A stretch of 49,417 nt of DNA from positions 1 to 49,417 of the forward strand of contig JBFOMH010000008.1 of the NCBI GenBank assembly GCA_040830765.1, in the 5' to 3' direction. The notes beneath the pieces are model-generated. The model did no database searches. It was not told the DNA's origin and worked only from the letters and a program-made list of their open reading frames with translations. The position numbers were made by a program, and so were the translations under genes. Origin of the DNA: Puniceicoccaceae bacterium (GTDB lineage Bacteria; Verrucomicrobiota; Verrucomicrobiia; Opitutales; Oceanipulchritudinaceae). Positions 1 to 12,500 of the stretch are shown piece after piece (positions within the stretch are counted from its first letter, which is position 1; each line of letters starts with the position of its first letter).

Positions 1-500
1 CTCACGATTACTGCCAACCAAGGCATCGAAATACAACCACTCGCCGAAAACCGTTAAGTCCAAAGGAGTTGAGGAGGCGGACCCTGGATTGATATCCTTC
101 ACCAACTCAGGCTCTCCCCCATCGGTTAGCCAAAGCTCAGTACCGGAATCGCCGTCTTTTGCTCTGAAATACAGCCGCTCCCCTACAATCGTTAAGTCTG
201 CAGGCTTGGAGGAGGCAATCCCTGGATTGATATCTTTCACTAATTCAGGCTCTCCTCCATCGGTGCGCCAAAGCTCAGTACCATTGACTTCCTCCCAAGC
301 ACTGAAATACACCCACTCTCCGAAAACGGCGGGGGATCCCAAGCTTGTAACCTTCACGAACTCCGGCCCCCCACCATCTGTACGCCAGAGCTCGCGATTA
401 CTCCCATCCCGGGCATCGAAATACAACCACTCCCCGAAAACCGTTAAGTTGCGCGGATCGGAGGAGGCGGATCCAAAATCGATATCTCTCACCAATTCAA
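1..500 (-). repeat. ELWxxDG(T)-type beta-propeller repeats within the giant CDS
   Basis: Three ELW(R/L)TDGG units are each followed by a hydrophobic strand ending in (W/R)(L/V)YF (e.g. ELWLTDGGEPELVKDINPG...LTVFGEWLYF). A near-identical DNA copy, atacaaccactc.ccgaaaaccgttaagt, occurs at ~31 and ~421. Confidence 0.85.
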
Positions 501-3500
501 CAAAAGTATTCACTTCTGATTCATCATTAAGCGTCCATGCTGCGTTTCCTGATTCGTCAAAGGTACCGTCAATTATCAAATTCGATCCGAAGGACACTTC
601 GAGCGAGCGACCATCAACCGTCGAGAGACGAATACTCGGCTCGTTATAAACCTTTGCCGCACTGACGAGGTCACCGAGGCCAGCTGCCTGCAGGGCATTA
701 TTAAGCAAGTCAATTCGTCCAGAGAGTGTAGCGGTATTGGGCCCATCCCCTAGGAGAGTATCCGGTACCTGTACGAATACCAGAGTCGTTGTGCGTTCTG
801 TTCCCTGTTCATTGCCCAAGGTAATGAACAGGACAAAGTCCTCGGTCAGAGGGCCATCAATGACGAGTGGATTACCCAGGAGTCCGAAGGAGGCGACATT
901 CCTGATCCTAACAAGGAAGTACTCAGGCGCTGTTTCAGGATTCTCGAGGACCTGAACGGTGCCACCATCAAAGGCAGCAGCCTCAACTTCGATACGGTGG
1001 TCGGCGTAGAAGTCCGACTTAAAAAGGTTGTCCTGAACCTTATCCTCAAACGTCACCGAGATGGCGTCGCGAATGTGCTGGAGGGCCGCTTCGCCTGAAA
1101 GTCCGGCCAGTTCGCTTGGGGTTTTGAAGAGGTACCAGTCCCCCTTGTCCCCGGTCGTGAAGGTGGCCTGGATGGCGGTGGACTCGGAGACTTCCCCGAT
1201 AAAGGCGGCGAACGGGATTTCATCATTCCTGCCGGTGAGTCCGTTACGCAGGACCCACTCGTAGGTATCAGTGGGGGTGTTCTGGTTGCCGGAGATGAGG
1301 TCGTCACCCGGACCGCCGAAGAGCTCGTCGTTGCCTTCGCCGCCGGAGATGTAGTCATTGCCGTCACCCCCGTCGATGAAGTCATCCTCGGCACCACCGA
1401 AAAGGACATCATTGCCGTCGCCACCGAAGATGGTCAGGGAAGCGATGGTGGCACCCTGCGGCCGGGCCTGCGGTGCCATTCCCCATTCGCTGCCATTGAG
1501 GATGTAGCCGGGATCCCCGTGGACGACATCATCGCCTGCCTGGGTGTCAAAGACGGTCTGTTCAATGTCCGTGACCTGGTAGAAGGCGTAGTGCTGGACA
1601 AACTGGTCGCCCCCGAAAGCGGCCTCCGTGAGGAAGCGCTGGTTGGCGGTATCCCAGACAAGGGCAGTCAGCTCGTAGCGATGCAGGATGGTGTTGTATC
1701 GGATGGCGACATGGTCTGGGACAGCCCTGCCCTGCTCGTCGAGATCGCCGCCAAGGAAGAGCACCTGATCCTCCCCTTCCCCGCCATCGAGGCGATCGAC
1801 CAGGGTCGGGACAAAGGTTTCCCCGTCCCCGGTGAGCCCACGGCCCTCATCATTCAAGAGTGGCAATCCATCGGGAAGGATCTGGAAGATGTCATCTCCC
1901 GGACCGCCCCAGAGAAGGTCGCTGGCCTGCTTGTCATATCCGCCGGCAAGGACATCGTTCCCCTCTCCGCCAAAGATCCACTCCTCGTAAGGACCGCCGA
2001 TAAGGACGTCATTGCCGATGCCGCCCAACAGCACATCACGACGAAGGATTTCGATTTCGGAAGACAGGTCGACAATCGTCGCCCCCGAAAGGTCCACGGT
2101 CTGGTAACCACTCGGCCCGATGCTAGTGGCGAGTTCGTAACGTCCCGCTCCACCGGTTACCTCAATGAAGTACTGGCCGGCGGGGAGACCTGTCAGGTAA
2201 AGGACACTTCCCTGGGACACGGAGTCGACATCGTTGCCAAACTCATCCAGCAGCTTGAGGCTGAGACCACTTCCATCGAGGTCCCTCAAGATAATTGCCT
2301 GGCCAGGGAGCGAACCTGCAGTATCCAGGCCTTCGGGGATCTCAAATACAAACCAGTCAACGTCTGCGCTTTCCCTACTACTTAAATTTAGTCCGGTGAC
2401 CAATTCGACAAACTGGATGTTGGCGATTTCGTAGGCATCAACCTCGTTGTTATTACCCTGGTCCCGTTCACCGGCATCCGGTGTGGCCAGGAAGTCAAAG
2501 TGCAGCTCATAGCGGGTGGGCGTCCGGTCAGAGGTGACCTGAAGGAGGTATTCCTTGCCGGTTTCCAAATTGGACCCAGTGCCATTGTGCAGTTCAATGC
2601 GGCCATCCTCCGAGGCAGCGACTTCCAGAGTCCACTCACCATTCCCATCACGCTCCAGGATGCGGAAACTGAGCAGGTCGGTGATTCCAAGGCTGTTGAG
2701 TAAAATCGCATCACCCGGCTGAATCTCGAGGCTGGAGTCCAAGGTGAACAGGTAGTTATCGATATCGTCCGGATTGTCGATGGTCAGACGGCTGAAGATC
2801 GTGCTTTCACCAATGGGCAGGTAGCTCTCCGGATTGGCCGGATCATAGGTCAACGGATAGGCCGTAGCGAGGGAATCATTACGCAGCTCGAGCTTCTCCG
2901 TCTGGTCGATGAGAATGGGGAAGCCGGAGGCAATCTCGACATAGTCATCACCGGGTCCGCCATCGATCCAGACCGTCTTGGTAACCGTGGGCCCGACAAT
3001 GACTTCATCATCGCCATCCAGGGCGTCGATAATGATGGCGAGGAAATCGCTTTCCGGGGGAAGGATGCTGTTGACGAGGTCCAAGGCATCGATCCGATCC
3101 TCAACCGGCTTGCGGGACTCATCGGCTGCCGTGGCAAGGGAGGTGCTGCGTGTTTCGGCATCTGTGCTGCCGAGGCCGGAGGCCCCGAAGAGGTTGTCAA
3201 ACTGGTCCCAGATGCGGTTGCCGTCCCCGTCGGTGGCGAAGAAGTCCAGCTGGACCTCGGCATCGAAGGTGAAGTTGCCGTTATTTTCCGTCAGGCGGGT
3301 AATGAGGTGATGCTCGGCGATGAGGCCGGGCTCGGTGACGAAGTCGACCCGGATGATGTCATCGAGGTTGGTACCACCATAGTACCAGACCTGGTTGGTG
3401 GACTTGGCGTAGGCCTTCCATTCACCGACCTCGTCGAACTGCTCTTCCAGGTCCTCAAAGGGAACGCCATCCCGGGTGTAGAGGGTGTCGTCTCCCCCGT

Positions 3501-6500
3501 TGCCATAGAGGAAATCGAGCCCGGTGCCGCCATAGAGCTCGTCGGCCTGGAGGCCACCGATCATGCGGTTGAGTCCGGTATCCTCCGGCACCGGATTGCC
3601 TTCATCATCCAGGAGCAATGCTCCCGTATCATCCCTGAGGAAAATGCCGAAGGGCTCGCCCTGCGGGTCAGCACTCCATGCATAGAGCTTGTTGGTACCG
3701 GAGCCACCAATCAGGTCGTCGTTGCCCTGGCCGGCATAAAGGACATCGAGGTCGCCCGGATTGCCAACCCCATCGTCGCCCCAGAGCCGGTCATCGCCGC
3801 CAAGGCCAAAGAGGATGTCGCTGCCCTCTCCCCCGTCGAGGCGATCGCGCCCGGAGGTACCGGTCAAGACATCGTCTCCCGGTCCTCCGTCGATAACCCC
3901 GATGAAGTCCTTGACCGTGACCCCGCGACTAGCCAGCGCCCCGATGTCGAGGGGCTCAAGCAATCCACTGCCATCGACAAATCCGATGGTGTCATCCCCA
4001 CCGAAACCGGCGATGCGGAACTGCTCGACAAGGGGAACGCCGTTGTCGTCTTTCCATTCGGCCACCACTTCAAGCGAACGGGTTGTTTCAACATCACTGA
4101 GGATGACATCTGTATTCACACCTGCTGGCGGGAAAATGCTGTTTATTTGTACAACCAAACGTGGATCGTCTGCCGCGAATTGGCCGATCTCGATGGTGTC
4201 ATGACCCTGGGTGCCCTGGATCTGGAGGATATCGGTCGCATTGTCGTCTGGCACATCTCCTTCCGTTTCGTTCCCGAAGTGGCCGTCAAAGTTCCCTCCT
4301 TCGTTGTCGTAATCAAAGTTCGTATCAAGGACCAGGATATCGATCCAGGCTCCGCCATAAAGCGTATCCTTACCGTTCTGGCCTTCCAGCCAGTCTGAAT
4401 CAGCGCCACCCCAGAGGATGTCATCGCCACCCCCGCCGTAGAGCTGGTCTTCACCGGTACCGCCATAGAGACGGTCATTGGCCCCGACAAGGTCAGCATC
4501 CGGGTTACGGATGTAATCCGGACCCTTCAAGTAATCACCGTGGAGATAGTCATTGCCACCTTCACCGACAAGGATCTCCTGACGCAAGTTGCCATAGAGC
4601 CAATCGCCCCCGGTACCTCCTATCAACTGGTCGCCCGGCTTTTGTGTTTCCTCGCCAATCTCCGTTCCGGTCAAGGCCAGGTTGGACCATGCGTAGAGGG
4701 AATCGATGCCCCCGCCACCGAAGAGGCGCTGGCCGAGGGTCGAGCCGGATTCATCCCCGGCATCGCCGTAGAGGAAGTCCGCCCCGGTATCGCCGTAGAC
4801 ATGGTCAATCCCTTCGTCCCCATGGAGGACATCGCTGTTGGCACCGCCGCGGATAACATCATCACCGGGCCCGCCAAAGACCTCATCGTTCCCGGATCCA
4901 CCGTCCACGTAGTCATTGCCCGGGCCGCCATCAAGAACATCGATATCACCACCGCCGAAAATCCAGTCATTGCCGGATCCGCCGTTGATGACATCCGTCC
5001 CGTCGGTGGCGGCACCACCAAGGGAGTTTTGGAAAACTGCCGCAGGGACAATCCGCGGGGCTGCATAACCCGTCGGGAAACGCGCTTCCATTTCAGCATA
5101 GCGCATCGGCAATTCAAAGGCCTGATCGGTTGTCTGGATGAGGGAGGTCAGGCCAAACCGGGTTTCGGCTCCCGCTGAGGGAGCGGATTTGAGAATCAGG
5201 TACTGGGTGGTGGCGGAACCTGTAAGGGGTGCCTGTACCGATCCGGTGCCGGTATTCCAATCCACCAGCACCTGGGCACCTGTCCCATCGGGCAATGCTG
5301 CCAGTTCAACACTCCAGAGTCCGGAAGTGGAGAGGACATCCAGCGTCAGCTCGTAATCCTGCCCCGGGAGGAGGGTCACCGCCTGCCAAAGGGTACCGGA
5401 TACATCTGAGCTGGAGCGGACAATGCCTGCGCCTCCGGCGATTTCCGAATTTGAGGAGGCAATCCATCCTTCATCGGCAGTAAAGCTGGGATTGGCGAGG
5501 AACTGCTGCCGCACGGAGACGTTGTCAAAAACAACCTCCGCCCCAAGGGAATTTCCCGCCAACAGTTTTATGAAGGTGGTCGAATCACTGGCGACAAAAC
5601 TGATTGCGTAAGCTCCTTCTGTGGTGCCAACGCCAATCACATCGAGGTCGCTGACAAAACTCGTCCTTCCGGCAGCAAGTTTCCAACCTTCACCGGCGGC
5701 AATCGAATCAACATCAAAGCGAACGGTGTATTGGATGCCGGGTGTTGTCTCGATGGCCTGGACAAGGGCGCCCCGACCGCTGGAGTTAGATCGGGCAATG
5801 CCCTGGTTCGACAAGATCTCCGAACCGGCAGTGAGCGCCCACTCGTCGTCGGACTCAAAGGCACCATTGCGGATCCGTTCCAGGGAACGCTCAAACGCTT
5901 CGGCCCCCAGGCCGGCACTACCGCCCCAGAGGACATCATCACCGCTGCCGCCATCGAGGCGGTCATTACCCAGTTCACCGATCAGGAAATCACCACCGGT
6001 TTCACCATAGAGTATATCATCGCCGCGGCCGCCGTAAACCATATCGCGGCCCCCGCCAGCAACAACCGTGTCGTTGCCATCCCCGGCGAGGATGAAGTCA
6101 TCGCCGCCAAGGCCGAAGATCTGGTCATCGCCAAGACCGGCAAAGATGCTGTCGTCGCCCGAATCCCCGTAAATTGTGTCAACAAGATCATCCGGCATCT
6201 CACCGGGATCCGAGGCATCCTCAAGGTCGCCGAAAATGGTATTCTCCGTATCGACACCGCTTCCCGCTCCATCGTTGCCGGCATAGATTATGTCGGACCC
6301 AAACCCACCGACGATCCAGTCATTCCCGGCACCGGCCACAGGCGTTGTGAACTGCCTGATGTCGACGCCGCCAAAAATGAGGTCGTTGCCGAATCCCCCG
6401 TAGAGACGGTCGTTGCCCGGGCCACCCCAGATGATGTCGTTCCCGCTGAGACTACCTTCCATATCATCCCCCCAGATGATGTCGGAATCCCGGCCGCCGG

Positions 6501-9500
6501 ACAGGATGTCATCCCCTGCTCCTCCAACCAGAATATCGTTGTTCTCATCGCCCTGCAGGTCATCGTTGCCTTCTCCACCTTCAAGGAGGTCCGCGCCCCG
6601 GTTGCCAACGAGGATGTCATTACCCATTCCACCCCTGAGGACATCGTCCCCCGATCCGCCGATCAAGGTATCCTCCCCGTCTCCTCCTTCAAGAAGGTCA
6701 TTACCCAATCCACCGTCGAGTTGATCTGCCCCTCCAAAGCCACGCAGAATGTCATCACCCGGACCGCCCTGGATGTCGTCGTCGTTCTCCCCGCCCTCGA
6801 GCAGGTCATCCCCACGGCTTCCGGTCAACTGGTCAAATCCCGGGCCGCCATAGAGCTGGTCCGAGGAATTGCCCCCGATGAGGATATCGTTGCCTTCTCC
6901 CCCGAAGAGGCGGGTCACGCCGCCACCGGCGATGAGCTCGTCATTACCGGACCCACCATGCAAGTCGGCCGGAATAATCACATTGGGGTCGATGAAAATG
7001 GAGTCATTCCCCTTTCCTGCCCGTGCTTGGATTTTGGATACACCGGAATAGGTCTGTTCAACCCCGAATGCCCGGACAATGACGGAGTCCGGTGAAGGCC
7101 CGGGCAGGACCCGGAAGTTTTCATCCCCGTCCTCGGCATTGACGACGATTTTGCCACCGCCACCGGGCTTGCGGCGGGCCGCGTAATCACCCATGTGCAG
7201 AGTCAGGGTACCGCCACTGTTGGAGGCAAGGACGGGGGTGGTGTTGGGCCGGGGCAGGTTCCAGTCAAGAAGCGTCTGGGACCAGCTGATCTTGTTCTTG
7301 TAGATGGTGACAAATCCAAAGAAGAAGGTATCAAAACCAATCTTCAGATAGGCGGAGAGTTCGAAGGTAATCGCTCCGGAGACATCGAAGATATACAGCG
7401 GCCCGACACTGAAATTGCGCTCCAGCTCAGACCAGCGGACCTTTCCGTCACCGTCCGGGTCATTGAGATTAAGATCGATGTTGGCAAAGATGCCGCCACC
7501 GACACCCACGGCTGCCACGGCAATGTTCAGCTCCGCTGCGGCCGCAAATCCCGCCCGGACACCAAACTCGGGCCGGTCCCGGCCACGGGCATCGAGGTCC
7601 GCGATGTAGAAACCATCAAGGATATCGCTGGGATCGCTTTGCCCGTTCTCGAAGTAGGTCCGCAGCCCGGCGGTATCAAACCCAAAGGAAAGGTCGGCAA
7701 AGGCCCCCACGTGGGCACTCAATTTCAGGAAGACCGGCCACGGGGGGAAGATGGGGATGGGCGGACGCAGCTGCCAGGGGAAGTTCAGGACAAACTTCGG
7801 CAAGTCGAGCACGACCAGATCCACGTTCCGGCCCAGCAAGAGGTCAAAAACCAGCTTTGGATTCTCGAACAAAGGGAACCGCAATTCGAGGAAATCCTCG
7901 TCGTTCAGGTAACCACCCGCTCCCTTGTCCAGAAGTGCGTTCAGCTTGGAATCCACGCCGTCCAGTCCAATCGGGTTCATGAGCGAATCAAGGGGCAGCA
8001 ATTCACCCACCATGCGGGAATCAAGGGCGGCTGCCCCGTCCAGGCTGAAGTCGATGTCCTGCAGGGATGCCATTTCAATCCAGCCGTTTTGTTCGTTTAT
8101 GGCAGAGAAGGTATCCACGAGCCTGGCGAGGTCGGCAGCGGCTTCGATAAAGTCAATGACGCCCTTGTATTCGGAACCGCCATAGATCCGGGCAATGTCC
8201 AGCAGGCTGATCCGCATACCCAAGTCCTTGAGGATGGGCAGGGGTTCCGTGATAAACTCCAGCGGTTCCCGGATGGGATCGAGGATGGCGTTTATTTCAT
8301 CAAGGATCGGTCCAACCAGATCATTGATGAAGGTCCCCGCATTAACCGCTACCTTGTCGAACTGGATCGTTGGAACACTACTTGTGTCCCTGCCCCCTTC
8401 CGTGCCGGTGAAGTCCCAGTCAATGATAAGGTCCGTGCGGATTTGTGGGAAGCGGGCAGAACTGTCGAAACGGGTCAGCAGGTGCAGGTGGACCCTGGCA
8501 TTCACATCGAGGTTCGCCGCAACGACCTTGTTGCTCGGGTTCGTCAACTCCGACAGATACAATCGGCCATCCCCATCGCCACCATCGAGCAGGTCGATGT
8601 TAATGTCTCCCCCAACCAATGTGTCCCTATCCGTGACATTCACCTCCATGAAGACGAGGTTCCCGTTGGCGTTGAATTGCGGTATGGTGGCTTTCAAGGA
8701 GATGGAAAGCTCGTTCTTCCTGTCGGGAACAGGCTCATTGTCGGGCCCAGGCTCCTTCTTGGGCCCAAGTTCCTTGTCGGTCGCAAAGTAGAAGCCCCGG
8801 ACCTTGTTGATCCCGAAAGAAAGAGCGAATTCAAAGCCCAACTCCAGTTGGACCTTCCCGTCCACATCCAGGCCCAGGCCCGGCAAGCCAAGATCGAAGT
8901 CCACATCCAGATCGCTCAAGGCAAGGACCTGGCCAAGCAACATGTCGATTTGGAGATTATCGGCAGTTTGTGTAATGACGATATCCTCGATTGTGATCGC
9001 CTTATCCCCGTTCCCGTCCTTTAGCCAATTGAGGTCATCCGGTCCCAATTTCTCGAAAAGCAACCTGCGCAATTCCTGCTGTGTTTTGCTATCCGCATTG
9101 GTAGGATCATTGAGGAAATCAGTGACTCCCCTAAGGTCAGAAATGAAGGCGGCTACATCCTTCAATTGATCACCGACCAAAGGTAGCTTGACGCCAAATA
9201 CCTCTTCATCAACGGCCGTTTCAAGGAAAGTCAGGAAGGCGTCCCACCCGCTGGTAATCGACTGCCAGGCATTCTCAAATTTTTCGAGGAAACTTTCGAG
9301 GGCGGCTTCAAAGTTGGGCAGTGCGTAGCTGAATTGACCTTCCGGGCTCAGAACGGGATCATAGGCTTCGACGTTACCAGCGAGCAGGGCATCGAAAAAC
9401 ACATCCAGGTCCGGAACACTAAGGGCGAACTGGCCAATGGGATCCGATTCCGTCGGTGAAAAGGTCGGGAGACTCACATCCAGCTGGCCGGTGAGCGTTG

Positions 9501-12500
9501 TTTGCAGGTTGTCCACTACATCACCGAGCAGGTGGTACTCACCCGCGGCACCCGGATTTGCCGGGTCCTCGATTCCCGGTGCCAGATCCAGTTCCCATGT
9601 GGCCAGGTTCTGTGGCCGGATGGACTGCCCGTTGGCTTCAGTGACGATCTCCGTACCGTTATCGAGCCGGACGGACCCGTTCTTGATGAACATCCCAAGG
9701 CCACCAAACCCGACATTGAAGGCAAGGCCTTCGGACTTGATTCCGGCCCCGAGTTTCAGGCTGCTACTGTCCCTGAGGTAGAACTCCGGGGCAAACGGAT
9801 CCGAAACGTTCAAGGCAAAGTCAAAGTCCAGATCGATGAGGTAAGCCACCTCGAGAAGGCCGCTGCCACTGACCAGGTTGGTCGGCTTGTTGTTCAGGGC
9901 ATCGAGGCGCAGCGGCTCTAGTTCCAGATTCAATGGAACATCCTTGCGCAATGGAACCTTCTCGTCGAGCTTCTCGTCGAGCCACTTTTCGTAATCAAAC
10001 TCGATGGCCAGCACATCATCCTCGAAGGTCACGGAGCGCTGCTGGACCAGCAGGTTGTCGATGATCCCGGAGAAGTCGGCACTGGCCAGGATCTGCAGGG
10101 CGGAAGCGTCCTGGCCCTGTTGCCAGACAACCTTGTACCGTCCCGGCAACTGTTCGCCACCAGCCAGAAGAACAAGATCCTCCTGGCCCTCGAGGACGCC
10201 CTGCAGGACCAACTGACCGCCTTGACCATTCCGCTCAAGCAGATCGAACTCGATGAAATAGGTGCGCCCCGCGAGGAGGCTGGTTCCCTCGTTCAATCCG
10301 TAGAGAAGTGTATTGCCGGGGCCATTGGCGTTGGTGAGATCGATAAGCTCACTGGTGTCGCTGGCCTTTAACTTGATGGTGGCCTCATCGACAACCGAAG
10401 CGCGGTAAGTCTGCCCGTCGATCAGGCCGGTGATATCGCTGCTGCCGAAATCCCGGAAGAAGATCAGCTCATCACCTTCGGAAAGGCCATGGTTGATCGA
10501 GAAGCTGATCGTGTCCGCTTCCCAATCTATTGCGGCAAGCGGATCAAATTGCAGGTTAACGGGGACATAACCAGGTTCATCAATTCCCTCGGTGATGGTG
10601 AACCCGACCTCCGCACCGAAGGTAGCCGTTGTCCCGGACAGGGACCAGTCACCACTGGTTGTCGGGTTTTCCTGCAGCAGGCCGGGGAAGAGCGCATTGG
10701 AAATAGCCCGCTCGAGGTCGGCCATGGTGGAAATCCCCTTCCCTACTTCGCGCAGCCGGATGTTGCTGATCGTCCCGTCAAAGTCAGCTGAAGCGCGCAG
10801 GGCAATGGCCGCAGTAGCGCCATCCACACGCACCGATACCCGGCGAACAGTTTGCTCACCCTCTCCGGAGGCCAATACCAGCGCTTCCTGATCGGGGGTT
10901 TCCGAGTCGCCGTTATCAAGGACCAGCTTCAATTCGCCGGCGGTCCCGTTCCGGTTGTCCAATGCAAATTCGAGGACATAGGTTTTGCCGGCAATCAGGG
11001 GAGTCCCGCTGGGAAGGGTGTAGCTCAAGTCGCTTGCTGCACCGGGAACATGGGTAAAGGTGTTTTCGTTGCCCGACCAGCCACCATCCGGGCTGGCAAC
11101 GCGATTGGCCAGGAGGTCCGGAATGAGGATGGCTTCAATCTCGTCGACGATAAGTCCGAACTGGTCCGAGAGGTCTACCAGATCATTGATGCTCTGCTCC
11201 AGCAGGATGATCTTCTGGTTGAAGAGATCGTTGTTCTCAAATCCGTCAATGGCATCCTGAAGTTCCCGCAAGGCCTCGATGACTTTCTCGAAGGCCAGGC
11301 CCTTGAGGTTGTCAACGGCCGGAAAATCGACCAGCTCGGCCCCGAGGGTGGAAAAGTCAAACAGGTCGGACCAAGTCACCTCGATGCGCGGATTGGCGTC
11401 CGGGCTAACCAGGCTCTGGTGCAGGCTCAGGGGCCGGATAACCGCCGGCAGGATGAGCTCCAGTTGGCCGCTTTCAACAACATTGAACAAGTCCACTTCC
11501 GGCTCGGAAACACTCTTCCAAATTTCACCAAAGGTCATTTCCTTTTCAGGGTCCTTGGCGGACACCGTCAACTGGGCCTCGTTCTTCCCATCTCCCCGAA
11601 TGGCCTGCGCAGGATTCGTGGTTCCATCCTGAATCCCGAGGTTCACAAACTGCAGGTCAGCCAGTGCATCGATACCGGTGGCCTCCAACTCGACCGAGGC
11701 CGTCATCTGGAAATTCCTGATAAAGAAATTATCGGCCAGGGAAAAGGACAACAGGGGGGAACCGGCGATCACCCCGTCCCCGTCATCATCCACGCCCACG
11801 ATGCCGAGGCCCAATCCGGGCGCAGCGGCGGTGGAGTTATTGAGGGCAACAATGCTGAAGGGAAAACTTCCCTCGGTCAGGTCGATGAAGGTCAGGTTGT
11901 TGTCCTCGCCGGACAACCTTATGGCAAGGGACTCACCGACACGAAGTTCATCCGTCTTCTCCCCTGATCCGATCTGGGCCATTATTTCGTATTTGTTCCC
12001 GAAGTTACCTCCGTCGATGCGGAGGAAGTACTCTCCGGGCATCAGGTCTTCCAGGGTAATGGCGGGTAAATCACCAACGGAGGCACGTACCGACTTGCCG
12101 GACTCATCGACGAGTTCGAGAACGAGGACGGAAAGGTTACTCCCAACGAGGGAGAACCGGTCGCTGGAGGTACCGGGACTTTCCAGGGTGAACTTGAACC
12201 AGTGCTCGTCGGAGCCGGACTTGAAAGCCAACCCGCTAACCCTGCTGAGGCTGGTTACGCGGTTGAGGTCCAGGGCGGTCTCGAGGGTGTTGAAGTAATT
12301 CGTTTCCCGGAACTCCAGAATGGATCCTTCCAGGATGGCATTCATCAGCTGCCCGGTGGAACTAATCCGGTCCAGGTTAAAGGGAATCGCAGCACCGTTG
12401 GCCAAACGAAACTCAACATCATCCAGGCCCTCGGCATACCCTTGCACGCCTTCCCCGTTGTTGAGCTCCTCAAAGCGCGTGCTGGTTGTCAGGTTACGCC

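Noticed and set aside
1..500. Direct repeats that might suggest a CRISPR array
   Set aside because: They are in-frame coding repeats with degenerate units, and no cas genes are present.
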